Assembly: GCA_902826605.1 (NCBI GenBank)
Contig: CADEFM010000010.1
Coordinates: 62,279 to 126,278, forward strand
Source: an uncultured Acidobacteriota bacterium
Lineage (GTDB): Bacteria > Acidobacteriota > Terriglobia > Bryobacterales > Bryobacteraceae
Length of the DNA: 64,000 bases
Direction: 5' to 3'
Part shown: one piece after another, positions 19,802 to 29,542 of the stretch
How positions within the stretch are numbered: position 1 is the stretch's first letter
Layout of the letters: every line of letters begins with the position of its first letter
Notes under the pieces: generated by a model
The model's database searches: none
Told to the model about the DNA's origin: nothing
The model's input: only the letters and a program-made list of their open reading frames with translations
Made by a program: the position numbers and the translations under genes

Positions 19802-22339
19802 GTGAAGAATACGGCCCTGCGGGAACCCAAAACGCGCGAGCACGAATGGCGCTACCAACCTACGGAAGGCCACTGGGATGAAGCGCTTTGGCGCAAAGGC
19901 TTTCCACGCAGGCATTGGCGTGAATTGATGGTTTCGCTGGGGCGCATGGGCTTTCAACAGCTTAGCCGCCGCTGGCGCGCCGGCCAGCAGCTGATCCAGA
20001 CCAACGGCATCACTTACAACGTTTACGGAGACCCGCAGGGCAAGGAACGCCCGTGGCTGATGGATCCGATTCCGCTGGTGCTGGACGCAGCGGAGTGGGC
20101 GGGGATCGAAAGCGCTCTCATGCAGCGAGCGACGCTTTTGAACGCGGTTCTGGGAGATCTGTACGGAGCGCAGACCCTGATCCGCAATCGTGAGCTTCCT
20201 GCCGCGTTACTGTTCGGTAATTCCAATTTCCTGCGCGCGTGCTCGGGTATTGTTCCGCCGCAGAGTGTCTATCTTCACAATTACGCGGCGGACCTGGCAC
20301 GTTCTCCGGACGGCACGTGGTGGATAATTTCAGATCGCACGCAGGCCCCTTCTGGAGTGGGGTATGCGCTTGAAAACCGTCTGGTGAGCGCGCGCACTCT
20401 GCCTTCGGTTTTCAGCCAATGTAATGTGCGGCATCTGGCCGGATTTTTCAATGAACAGAGAGACGGACTGCTGCAATTGGCTCCCAATCATCGCAGCGAT
20501 CCGCGTATTGTCTTGCTCACGCCTGGACCGCACAATGAAACGTATTTCGAGCATTCTTTTCTGGCGCGGCAATGGGGCTTCCCGCTGGTGGAGGGTGCTG
20601 ATCTCACCGTTCGCGACAACCGTGTTTTCTTGAAGACTCTGGCCGGACTGGAGCCCGTGGATCTGATCTTGCGGCGCATGGACGACGGCTTTTGCGATCC
20701 GTTAGAATTGCGCGGGGATTCGCTGTTGGGTATTCCAGGTTTGGTCCAGGCCGTGCGGTCAGGCCACGTGGCGGTAGCCAACGCGCTGGGCAGCGGATTG
20801 GTGGAATCAGCCGCGCTCATGCCGTTCTTGCCTGCGCTTTCGCGGCACCTGTTGGGCGAAAAGCTGGGCATGCCTTCGGTTGCGACGTGGTGGTGCGGCG
20901 ATCCGCAACCCAGGCAATACGTACTGGAACATCTGGAACAAGTGGTGATCAAGCCGACATTTCCCCGTGCCGGCCCGGGCGCTGAATTTCCAGCGCGGAT
21001 GAGCGCTTCGGAACGTGAGAACTTGGCGCGGAGGATAGAAGCCCAGCCGGAACAGTACGTCGCGCAGGAGCAGGTAGCACTTTCCACGACGCCGGTACGC
21101 ACCGATGCGGGATTGGCAGCGAGACACGTGGTGCTGCGCGTCTTCGCTGCCTGGAATGGACACGGCTACTCAGTGATGCCAGGGGGACTCACGCGTGTTT
21201 CCACCGAAGACCGTTCTCTGGTTGTTTCCATGCAATTGGGCGGGGGGAGCAAGGACACCTGGGTCCTGAGTGCACATGAACAGGCGTTCGCGCTGCGCGC
21301 CGGACCCGTTCCGCTCTCCCAGCCGCGGGGGTTCGGGGAGCTCCCCAGCCGTGTGGCCGACAATCTGTTTTGGCTGGGCCGCTACGCGGAGCGTGTGGAA
21401 GCGGGCGTACGGATGGCACGTGCACTGCTTCCTGGCCTTTCCGGAGAAGAGGACTTTGGACGCACGGCGTCGATCGATACCATTGTTCATTTGCTGGCGG
21501 GACTTGGATTCTTGCCGGCTGAGCTGCTGCATTCGTCTATAGGTCACCAGCGCTGGCAAGTAGAGCGGCTGTTGGGCAACATGGTATTCGATCCTAGCCG
21601 GACGTCGGGGATTGGATGGAATCTCAAACACCTCCGCCGCGTGACTTGGCCACTGAAGGAACGGTTATCGCAGGACACTTGGCGGGTACTGCAGCAATTG
21701 GAACTGAATTTTTCCACGGCGCCGCCAGCGAGCCCGGAGCACCGATTGGTGATGGCGATGAATCTGCTGGATCAGTCTATCGTCACGCTCTCCGCGTTCG
21801 CAGGCCTGCTGATGGAAAATACCACGCGAGGTTACGGGTGGCGCTTCTTGGACATCGGACGACGGCTGGAGCGTGCACTGCAGATGACGGAGTGGCTGCG
21901 CGTCGGTATCGCACAAGCTCCTTTTGAGAATGAGCCGCATTTGGAATTGCTGCTCCAGGTTGCCGATAGTTCCATTACCTATCGCACCCGCTACTTGACG
22001 AACATGCGCACTGAGCATGTTCTGGACTTGCTGTTGGCGGATGAAGCCAATCCACGATCGGTGGCATTTCAACTCGCGACGCTGCTGGAACATGTTCAAA
22101 ATTTGCCGGATCCAAGCAATGGCGAAAGCACGCCTCACGATTATGAGGTTGCAGGCCGGCTGCTTAGCTCTGTCCGGCTCGCTCAGGCAGAAGATTTGGC
22201 GACTCGCGATGCAGACGGCAATATGGGCGCACTGGAGGAACTACTGGGTCAGATCAAGACAGATCTTTACGATGTGTCCAACGCACTCACTGCACGCTAT
22301 CTCAGCCATCTGACGATGTCTCGCATGAAGTCCTTCTAG
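19802..22339 (+). CDS. fused circularly permuted ATP-grasp / alpha-E protein
   Basis: GTG at 19802 lies 6 nt after GGAG. The N-terminal half parallels 14007..15461 ([36 protein letters not shown]). The C-terminal half contains the alpha-E motif RVADNLFWLGRYAERVE. Confidence 0.8.
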   Translation: MKNTALREPKTREHEWRYQPTEGHWDEALWRKGFPRRHWRELMVSLGRMGFQQLSRRWRAGQQLIQTNGITYNVYGDPQGKERPWLMDPIPLVLDAAEWAGIESALMQRATLLNAVLGDLYGAQTLIRNRELPAALLFGNSNFLRACSGIVPPQSVYLHNYAADLARSPDGTWWIISDRTQAPSGVGYALENRLVSARTLPSVFSQCNVRHLAGFFNEQRDGLLQLAPNHRSDPRIVLLTPGPHNETYFEHSFLARQWGFPLVEGADLTVRDNRVFLKTLAGLEPVDLILRRMDDGFCDPLELRGDSLLGIPGLVQAVRSGHVAVANALGSGLVESAALMPFLPALSRHLLGEKLGMPSVATWWCGDPQPRQYVLEHLEQVVIKPTFPRAGPGAEFPARMSASERENLARRIEAQPEQYVAQEQVALSTTPVRTDAGLAARHVVLRVFAAWNGHGYSVMPGGLTRVSTEDRSLVVSMQLGGGSKDTWVLSAHEQAFALRAGPVPLSQPRGFGELPSRVADNLFWLGRYAERVEAGVRMARALLPGLSGEEDFGRTASIDTIVHLLAGLGFLPAELLHSSIGHQRWQVERLLGNMVFDPSRTSGIGWNLKHLRRVTWPLKERLSQDTWRVLQQLELNFSTAPPASPEHRLVMAMNLLDQSIVTLSAFAGLLMENTTRGYGWRFLDIGRRLERALQMTEWLRVGIAQAPFENEPHLELLLQVADSSITYRTRYLTNMRTEHVLDLLLADEANPRSVAFQLATLLEHVQNLPDPSNGESTPHDYEVAGRLLSSVRLAQAEDLATRDADGNMGALEELLGQIKTDLYDVSNALTARYLSHLTMSRMKSF

Positions 22340-22347
22340 TCGGCGCC

Positions 22348-23217
22348 ATGCTCTATCAGGCAACCCACATCACCCGCTACCGCTATGACGAACCCGTTTC
22401 GCATTGCCTGAATGAGGCCCGGCTGACGCCTCGCAATTTCCCCGGGCAAGTACTGCATCAATCGCGGCTGCATGTGGAGCCCGAACCGGCGATGATGGAG
22501 CGCCGCAAGGATTATTTCGGCAACGATGTGACCACGTTCGCGGTGTTTCGCACGCACGATCTTTTTTCGGCCACGGCCACCAGCGTGGTGGAGGTGCAGG
22601 CCCGGCCGTTTGCCGATACACCACGAATCCCTTGGGAAGATGCGCGCGATCAGTTGAGCCATCACGCCACGGATGATTTGTTGGAAGCCTATGAATTTGT
22701 GTTCGACTCTCCGTTCGTCGCGTCCGCGCGTCCGCTTCTGGAGTACGCTCTGCCCAGCTTTACCACTGGCCGGCCGTTGCTCGATGCGGCGGAGGAACTA
22801 TCACACCGCATCCACAGCGACTTCCGCTACGAGCCAGAATCCACTTCGATCGATATGCCTTTGCTCGAAGTCTTCGAGCATCGTCAAGGTGTATGTCAGG
22901 ATTTTGCCCATATCATGATCGGAGCGCTACGATCTTTGGGTCTGGCCGTGCGCTATGTGAGCGGATATCTGCGCAGTGGCGCAACTTATCAGGGCGCGGA
23001 CGCATCCCACGCATGGGTGTCCGTCTTCGTCCCAGGCGCTGGATGGACGGACTTCGATCCCACCAATGACGTGCGGCCCTCCGAGGGTCATCTTACGCTC
23101 GGCTGGGGCCGCGACTACAGTGATGTTACTCCCATGAAGGGAATTGCACTCGGGGGCGGGAAGCAGATCGTGGAAGTGGAAGTGCGCGTGGAGCCATTGG
23201 CGCGAACGTCCGAGTAG
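22348..23217 (+). CDS. transglutaminase family protein (Bact_transglu_N + transglutaminase core)
   Basis: YQATHITRYRYDEPV N-domain. The core is GVCQDFAHIMIGALRSLGLAVRYVSGY...HAWVSVFVPGAGWTDFDPTN. Confidence 0.85.
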   Translation: MLYQATHITRYRYDEPVSHCLNEARLTPRNFPGQVLHQSRLHVEPEPAMMERRKDYFGNDVTTFAVFRTHDLFSATATSVVEVQARPFADTPRIPWEDARDQLSHHATDDLLEAYEFVFDSPFVASARPLLEYALPSFTTGRPLLDAAEELSHRIHSDFRYEPESTSIDMPLLEVFEHRQGVCQDFAHIMIGALRSLGLAVRYVSGYLRSGATYQGADASHAWVSVFVPGAGWTDFDPTNDVRPSEGHLTLGWGRDYSDVTPMKGIALGGGKQIVEVEVRVEPLARTSE

Positions 23218-23230
23218 TGCAGCGACGCTC

Positions 23231-24880
23231 TCATGCACCCAGTACTACGCGTTGATGCGCGATGCGAGCCACGGCCGGGCGGTGCGTGATGACAATCGCG
23301 GTACGCCCTCTTAGAGCAGCTTCCAAGGTGTCCGCGATGGCTTGTTCATTCACGTCATCAAGGGATGAAGTCGGTTCATCAAGGATAAGGACTTTGGGGT
23401 CCGCCAGCAGTGCGCGGGCCAGCGCTAGTCTTTGGCGTTCGCCTGCGGAGAGCGTCTGCCCTCGTTCAGCAAGCGTGGTGCGATAACCCTCCGGCAGTAA
23501 CAGAATGCGTTCGTGAATTGACGCGGCCTGCGCGGCTGCGGTGATTTCATTTTCGGTTGCGTCCGGGCGGGCGTAGGCGATGTTTTCCTGGACGGTTGCG
23601 TGAAATAGATAGGGGTTCTGGTCCAGCAGCATCACGGAACGTCGAAGGTCTCCCAGACGCAACTCCCGAAGATCTGTCCCATCCAGGCGAATCGACCCCG
23701 AGTCCGGATCGTAGAGACGGATCAGGAGATCCGCGAGAGTGGATTTGCCGATGCCGCTTGGGCCCACAATCGCGCAGATGGACCCGGCTGGCACGTGGAA
23801 CGATAAATCACGGAACAACTGATGGTCGCGATGACGAAAGGCGAGAGAATCGCATTCTATTTCGCCGCGCACGGAAATCAAACCTCGCGCCCCTGGAATT
23901 TCCAAAACCTCGGGAGTCGCGTCAAAAAGCTCCCATACGCGTGATAGCGATACACCGCCAGAAATCAAACTGCTATAGAGGCTCATCAGATTTTGCAACG
24001 GCGCCAACAGGCGCGCATGGTAGGCCATCAATGCGACCAGGGTGCCGGTGGTGATCTGGCCGTCGATCACGAGTTTGCCGCCATACAAAAACAAAGCAGC
24101 GGTGCACAGCGTGAGGACGACACCCGGCACGGCGCCGGATAGAAACGATGTCAATTGCATCTTTAACAGCGCATCTACGAACTCTCGATTCCGGCTTTGA
24201 AAGCGTTTCACTTCCCGGCTTTCCGCGCTGGTGGCGATAACGACGCGCATGCCCAGCAGTGTTTCCAGAAGGAAGCTGCCGATCTCCGAGCTCCGCTCGC
24301 GAACCGTGCGGACGCGATCCGCCAACCGTTGCTGATAGTGCGCAAGCGCCCATACACTGACGGGCAGGAAGGCCACGCTCACCAGGAACAGCTTCCAATA
24401 CAGGGACGCCATGATCGCCGCACTGCCTACAAGAAACACAATATTCGAGAAGATACTCAACACGGAATCGGCGGAAACACGCTGCACTTCCGCTACGTCG
24501 TTGTTGATTCGAGACACCACGTCGCCCAGCTTCATAGTCGTCCAAAACCGTGGTGACAGTGTTTGAAGGTGCCGATAGAGCGCCAAACGCATATCGAAAA
24601 GGACTGCGGCCGAAACCCGCACATACTGGTAGCTGGATAAAATGTTGAGCGCGAAACTGAGAATTGCCGCGACCACCAGCAAAACGCTGATTTCAACGAG
24701 CGCTCCAAAATTCCGCCGCAACAGCGCCTCGTCAATGAGAAGCTTCGATATGTAGGGTTGCGCCAGCCCGAAGGATGTCGCGACGATCCCTGTGAACATC
24801 ACCAACGCAAGCTTAGGCCAGTACGGAATCGCGAAGCGCAGCGCCCGGCGATAGCCCGCGAGAGGGAATTCATTCTGCAT
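23231..24880 (-). CDS. ABC exporter, fused permease/ATPase (MsbA-like)
   Basis: The N-terminal domain has six TM segments. Walker A is GPSGIGKST, the signature is LSAGERQR and Walker B is LILDEPTS. It is convergent with the transglutaminase gene across a 13-nt gap. Confidence 0.85.
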   Translation of the reverse strand: MQNEFPLAGYRRALRFAIPYWPKLALVMFTGIVATSFGLAQPYISKLLIDEALLRRNFGALVEISVLLVVAAILSFALNILSSYQYVRVSAAVLFDMRLALYRHLQTLSPRFWTTMKLGDVVSRINNDVAEVQRVSADSVLSIFSNIVFLVGSAAIMASLYWKLFLVSVAFLPVSVWALAHYQQRLADRVRTVRERSSEIGSFLLETLLGMRVVIATSAESREVKRFQSRNREFVDALLKMQLTSFLSGAVPGVVLTLCTAALFLYGGKLVIDGQITTGTLVALMAYHARLLAPLQNLMSLYSSLISGGVSLSRVWELFDATPEVLEIPGARGLISVRGEIECDSLAFRHRDHQLFRDLSFHVPAGSICAIVGPSGIGKSTLADLLIRLYDPDSGSIRLDGTDLRELRLGDLRRSVMLLDQNPYLFHATVQENIAYARPDATENEITAAAQAASIHERILLLPEGYRTTLAERGQTLSAGERQRLALARALLADPKVLILDEPTSSLDDVNEQAIADTLEAALRGRTAIVITHRPAVARIAHQRVVLGA

Positions 24881-25170
24881 GGGATCTCCTGAGTAATACC
24901 TTTGTCACTCAGGCGAGGAGTGCGATTGCGGCGCGCGACTAGGCGCGAGTGCGACCTATGATTTCAGGGTAGTGCGCGTGTACGGCCCCGTCAATACCGA
25001 GAGCGAAATTCGAGGTTTTCAGCGCATCGCAACGATAGAAATTATCGATTGGACGGCGCAGGAGCCCGATGATAGGCTGAGGTTGTCAGTGGGTCTGATC
25101 CCAGCAAACGATCGCTGATCCTTCCTCGGCCACGTCACGCCTCATATCCCATCAGTACTACGGAGGAGTG

Positions 25171-25878
25171 ATGAAGAGCTATGTCCTTATGTTCTTAAGT
25201 TTGGCTATCGTCTCCGGTCAGGATCATACGGTTGCGGTCGAAAGCGATTGTAGAAGGGCCTGGCTGCGAGGGACCGAAAAGACGATCTCCGTGACGCGTT
25301 TGCGCCATAGACCACCGCGCGAAGCTGTTTCCGCTTTCTTCCGCGCTCTAGCCCAGGCTGACAAGCGCCGATGGCGTTCTGCGGCGAGCTATCTTGAACG
25401 TGCTATCGTCTTGGATCCAGAATTTTCGGAAGCATACTCGAATCTGGGCGTCCAGTACATGAGCCTGGGCAGGGCAGAAGACGCTTTGGCTCACTTCATG
25501 CGAGCCATTGAGCTCGACGGATCCACATCCCTCTACCATTCCAATTTGGCGTACGCGCTTTTTTCACTGGGGAAGTATGCCGAGGGTGAACGAGAAGTAC
25601 ACAGCGCCTTGGCCCTGGACGCTTCCAATCGCACTGCACGCTTCTTGTTGGGATGGCAGCTGGCCCGCCACAATGAAATAGACGAGGCGATCCGGCATTT
25701 GCAATATACGTCTTGTGCTTTCCCCGAAGCTCATGAAATTCTCGCGGCCGTCTGGACACTAAAAGGCGACAAAGAACGCGCTCGTCAGGAATTGAGTGAG
25801 TACCGTAAAATGGGCGCGGAACAAGTGGGGATTAGCAGCGCAGGGTGGGTTTCAGGCTTTGCGCCAGGAATGAAATGA
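25171..25878 (+). CDS. TPR repeat protein, secreted
   Basis: GGAGGA RBS lies upstream of ATG 25171. A signal peptide is present, followed by several TPR-like repeats (AYSNLGVQYMSLGRAEDALAHFMRAIELD and others). Confidence 0.65.
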   Translation: MKSYVLMFLSLAIVSGQDHTVAVESDCRRAWLRGTEKTISVTRLRHRPPREAVSAFFRALAQADKRRWRSAASYLERAIVLDPEFSEAYSNLGVQYMSLGRAEDALAHFMRAIELDGSTSLYHSNLAYALFSLGKYAEGEREVHSALALDASNRTARFLLGWQLARHNEIDEAIRHLQYTSCAFPEAHEILAAVWTLKGDKERARQELSEYRKMGAEQVGISSAGWVSGFAPGMK

Positions 25879-25887
25879 ACTTTGCTA

Positions 25888-25917
25888 TTGACACTTTTTT
25901 GGACTGCGTGGTAAGAT
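25888..25917 (+). promoter_or_regulatory. sigma70-like promoter upstream of the TonB-dependent receptor / qhp genes
   Basis: TTGACA (25888-25893), an 18-nt spacer, then TAAGAT (25912-25917). This would give a roughly 225-nt 5' leader. Confidence 0.4.
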
Positions 25918-26147
25918 CGAACACCTGATCGAAGCAGATCAGCCTTCCTTGAAGAATTTGCACTTAGTTTAGTGCGCTCCTCCTAGTTCAGAGACAACCT
26001 CCACGAGTCCGGTTGATGCGCGGGGTCGTTATCCCGCGAACCGATACGCTTCACCGCTGCCACGAACGGCAAGGGAAGCATTCACCGATTCCTGCGCCCG
26101 CTCAGCTATCGCGCAGGAACTGCAAGTCAATCCTTGGGAGGAGATAA

Positions 26148-29100
26148 ATGTCCACAAGTTTACGCATAATATGTCTGTTTTTCTGTTGGCTATTTGCCAC
26201 CGCTCTGGCCGTTGCGCAATCCACGTACGGGACGATTTTGGGAACTGTAAAAGATCCTTCTGGATCCTTCGTGGCGCAAGCCAAGGTGAAAGTAGTGAAT
26301 CAGGGCACCTCAGCCGAGCGCTCCGCCACCACCGATGATAACGGCGCGTACCTGGTGCCTAACCTGGAGCCTGCGATTTACAAAGTGACCATCGACGCCA
26401 CCGGATTCGCGATGCGCACTGTTGAAAAAGTTGAGCTTGGCGCACGGCAGACTTTGCGCGTGGACGCAGCGATCGATCTGGTTTCTGTTACCGAGTCGGT
26501 GAACGTCAACGCCTCCGCCGGGCCGATGATCAATACGGAAACTTCGACGATCGCTCAGACCAAAAGCGGAAGCGATCTCATCAACCTGCCGGTAACGCTG
26601 GGCGCTCGCGCGGCTGGCTCCACCAGTCCGATGTCTACGCTGACAGCCCAGCCGGGAGTTCAGACCGACGCGCAGGGCAACATGTCGGTGGCGGGCGGGC
26701 AGCCCAGCCAGCTCTCGGTAAGCGTCGATGGCATCAGCAGCGTGGGCGTGCGTACTAGCGGTCCGCTGAACGAGTTGTTCCCATCGATGGACACCATCGC
26801 GGAAATTCGCATCAATCAGGTGAACAACAGCGCGGAATACGGATCGGTATCCGACATCACGACCATATCGAAGAGCGGAACCAATCGCTTCCACGGCGGG
26901 GGCTTCTGGAATTTTCAGAGCTCCGCGATGGAAGCGCGAAATCCTTTCGCCGCCACCAAGCCGTTCAAGGTGATGAACGACGTCGGCGGAAGTATTGGCG
27001 GACCGTTGATCAAGGACAAAACCTTCTTCTTCGCGGCGGTTGAGGGCCTGCGTCTCCCCAATCAGCGCCTGGTGGTGCAGAGCGTACCGTCCATGGCGTT
27101 CCGTAACGGCGATCTTTCCAGCATCGCGACGGCAATCTACGATCCTTCCACCGGTCTGCCGTTTCCGAATAACCAGATCCCGGTCAGCCCGGTCGCGGCG
27201 AACCTCCTGAGACTGGTGATGCCCGTCCCGAACACCGGCGCGGCGAATCTGCAAGCCAATAACTATCGCGAGCTCTTTCGCATTCCCATCAATACCAACC
27301 AGGGCGATATTCGCGTCGACCACACCTTGAGTGACCGCCAGAACCTGTTCGTGCGGTTCACCTACAAAGACGTCGATTCCACCACCAGTCCCGGGCAGAC
27401 CAGTCCCACCATCTCGGCGCTGGCTGGCACAATTCGCGTTCCCGAGCAGGTCGCCGCCCTGACGGTGGCGCACAACATGGTACTCAAACCTACGCTGTTC
27501 AATGAAATTCGGGCCGGCTTCACCGGCCGCAATTTCCTGCGTACTTACGAGCAAGACGCGGCGACGTTGATTAGTCAGATGGGCATCACCGGCCTAGCTG
27601 CGCCTCCTGCGGGCGCGGCTCTTCCGGACGTTCAAATCGCCGGATATCAGAGAGTCGGCGGCCTTGCGGAATCGGCCACTCGCGACCGCACGTTTCAGCT
27701 TCTGGATAACGTCACCTGGACTAAGGGTTCGCACACGCTGAAGTTCGGCGGTGATATCCGTTACATGCGCGGCACGTCCGTCAACGTATTTGGCACGCGG
27801 CGTCTCGGGGTTTACATTTTCGATGGTTCGGTGACCGGCGTCGCCGCCAGTGGGCAGAATCATCCCTTGATCGGCAACACGTTTGCAGCGTTCCTTCTCG
27901 GCGTGCCGGATTCCACGTCCAATGCGGATGTAAAGGTCGCGGACTTGCGGGCGTACGCGACGCACTGGGCGGGCTATGCGCAAGACGACTGGAAGGTCAC
28001 TTCCCGGCTCACTTTGAACTACGGCTTGCGCTGGGAATATCATCCGATGTTCAAGGACAAGCTGCTGAACGTCACCAACTTCATGACCGATTACGTCGGT
28101 TTCAATAACGGCCAGCCCGTGCGTGGAGCGGTGGTGGTGCCCAACGAAGAATCGCGCGCCCTGACGGCGCCCGGGTTCGCCACCTCAATCGGCAATACCC
28201 CGATTCTGACAGCCGCGGAGGCGGGCATTCCGGAATCGCTGCGGTTTACGCAGAGGACCAGTTTCGCGCCGCGTTTTGGCTTTGCATGGAGGCCGTCCAG
28301 CGACGAAAAGACAGTGATCCGCGGCGGCGTGGGCCGCTACATCGTCACCCTGATGGGCGGCTTGGTCGGAGCGCAATGGGGCGTGCACGCCTCCAACGTT
28401 ACGCTGTTCTCGCAGCAGGTAGTGAACGGCGCGCCGCTGCTGCAATTTCCGTCGCCCTTCCTCACGGGATCGGCCACTGTCGGTACGCAAAACTTCCAAC
28501 AAGCGCAGCAAATTGATTACAAAGACCCGTACGTCTATCAGTGGAATCTCACGATCGAGCGAGAAATCGCACGCAACACGGGGATCCGTCTTTCGTACAA
28601 CGGCTCTCAGGGAAACCGGCTCTCCGTTCCAGTCGACTACAACCAGGTTCCCGCGAACACCATCGGGTATAACGCGGCGAAGCTGAGCCGGCCCTTTACG
28701 AACTGGGCAAAGGTACAGGCCATCACGAATGGCGCGGAAGCCCGCTTTCATTCGGTGACCATTGAAGGCAATCGCCGCATGTCCGCAGGAGTGCAGTTCC
28801 AGGCATCGTACTCGCTTTCGAAGAATCTTTCGAACGTGAACGGCATCGCGCCCACCAACTTCGCGACCGAGAATGGCAACATCATCAGCGACCGGTTTAA
28901 CCCTGGTATCGATATTGGCAACGTGGCGTACACGCGCCGTCATCGGTTCCTGACTACCTTCACCGTGCAGCTTCCATTCGGCAAAGGCCGGCCGTTGTTC
29001 GGCAACTCGTCGAAACTTGTGGATACCGTCATCGGGGGATGGGACGTGGCTGGCGTAACCTTGATGCAGTCCGGTCCTTTTCAGACTGCCCAAATCAACG

Positions 29101-29519
29101 GCGCCGATCCCTCCGGCACGGGTTTGCCGACCTTGTGCGCGTGTAACGTCCGTCCGGACATCGTGAGCGGGATGACGGGCAATCTGCCGGCCGATCAGCG
29201 CAGCATTGACCGCTGGTTCGATCCCGCGGCTTTCGTCCGGCCCCCGAACAATATCGGCCGTTTCGGAAGCGCGCCGGTGGGCAATCTGATTGGTCCGGGC
29301 ACCGTGGTGCTGTCCGCTTCGGTGAGCAAGAAATTCGTGATCTCGGAATCGATCGGAGTGATGTTCGCGGCACAGGCGACCAATCTGCTGAACCACCAAA
29401 ACTACGACGTTCCGAATACCGTTGTGGGCACCGCGAATTATGGCCGCATTTCAAATCTGCAATCGGCAGAAGGCGCGGGTCCAAGGGTGATGCAGTTGGT
29501 ACTGCGTCTTACGTTCTAG
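26148..29519 (+). CDS. TonB-dependent receptor with N-terminal carboxypeptidase-regulatory-like domain
   Basis: 1123 aa with a signal peptide. CarboxypepD_reg pattern is GTILGTVKDPSGSFVAQAKVKVVNQGT...TDDNGAYLVPNLEPAIYKV. The beta-barrel body ends in a C-terminal Phe (LRLTF). Confidence 0.85.
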   Translation: MSTSLRIICLFFCWLFATALAVAQSTYGTILGTVKDPSGSFVAQAKVKVVNQGTSAERSATTDDNGAYLVPNLEPAIYKVTIDATGFAMRTVEKVELGARQTLRVDAAIDLVSVTESVNVNASAGPMINTETSTIAQTKSGSDLINLPVTLGARAAGSTSPMSTLTAQPGVQTDAQGNMSVAGGQPSQLSVSVDGISSVGVRTSGPLNELFPSMDTIAEIRINQVNNSAEYGSVSDITTISKSGTNRFHGGGFWNFQSSAMEARNPFAATKPFKVMNDVGGSIGGPLIKDKTFFFAAVEGLRLPNQRLVVQSVPSMAFRNGDLSSIATAIYDPSTGLPFPNNQIPVSPVAANLLRLVMPVPNTGAANLQANNYRELFRIPINTNQGDIRVDHTLSDRQNLFVRFTYKDVDSTTSPGQTSPTISALAGTIRVPEQVAALTVAHNMVLKPTLFNEIRAGFTGRNFLRTYEQDAATLISQMGITGLAAPPAGAALPDVQIAGYQRVGGLAESATRDRTFQLLDNVTWTKGSHTLKFGGDIRYMRGTSVNVFGTRRLGVYIFDGSVTGVAASGQNHPLIGNTFAAFLLGVPDSTSNADVKVADLRAYATHWAGYAQDDWKVTSRLTLNYGLRWEYHPMFKDKLLNVTNFMTDYVGFNNGQPVRGAVVVPNEESRALTAPGFATSIGNTPILTAAEAGIPESLRFTQRTSFAPRFGFAWRPSSDEKTVIRGGVGRYIVTLMGGLVGAQWGVHASNVTLFSQQVVNGAPLLQFPSPFLTGSATVGTQNFQQAQQIDYKDPYVYQWNLTIEREIARNTGIRLSYNGSQGNRLSVPVDYNQVPANTIGYNAAKLSRPFTNWAKVQAITNGAEARFHSVTIEGNRRMSAGVQFQASYSLSKNLSNVNGIAPTNFATENGNIISDRFNPGIDIGNVAYTRRHRFLTTFTVQLPFGKGRPLFGNSSKLVDTVIGGWDVAGVTLMQSGPFQTAQINGADPSGTGLPTLCACNVRPDIVSGMTGNLPADQRSIDRWFDPAAFVRPPNNIGRFGSAPVGNLIGPGTVVLSASVSKKFVISESIGVMFAAQATNLLNHQNYDVPNTVVGTANYGRISNLQSAEGAGPRVMQLVLRLTF

Positions 29520-29542
29520 ATAGCCGTTTAACGGAGAAACAG

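Noticed and set aside
26310-29399. Two long antisense ORFs (26310..27554 and 28185..29399, 414 and 404 aa) opposite the TonB-dependent receptor
   Set aside because: For the same reason, they are shadow ORFs. The plus-strand ORF has the signal peptide, the CarboxypepD_reg domain and the C-terminal Phe expected of the real gene.
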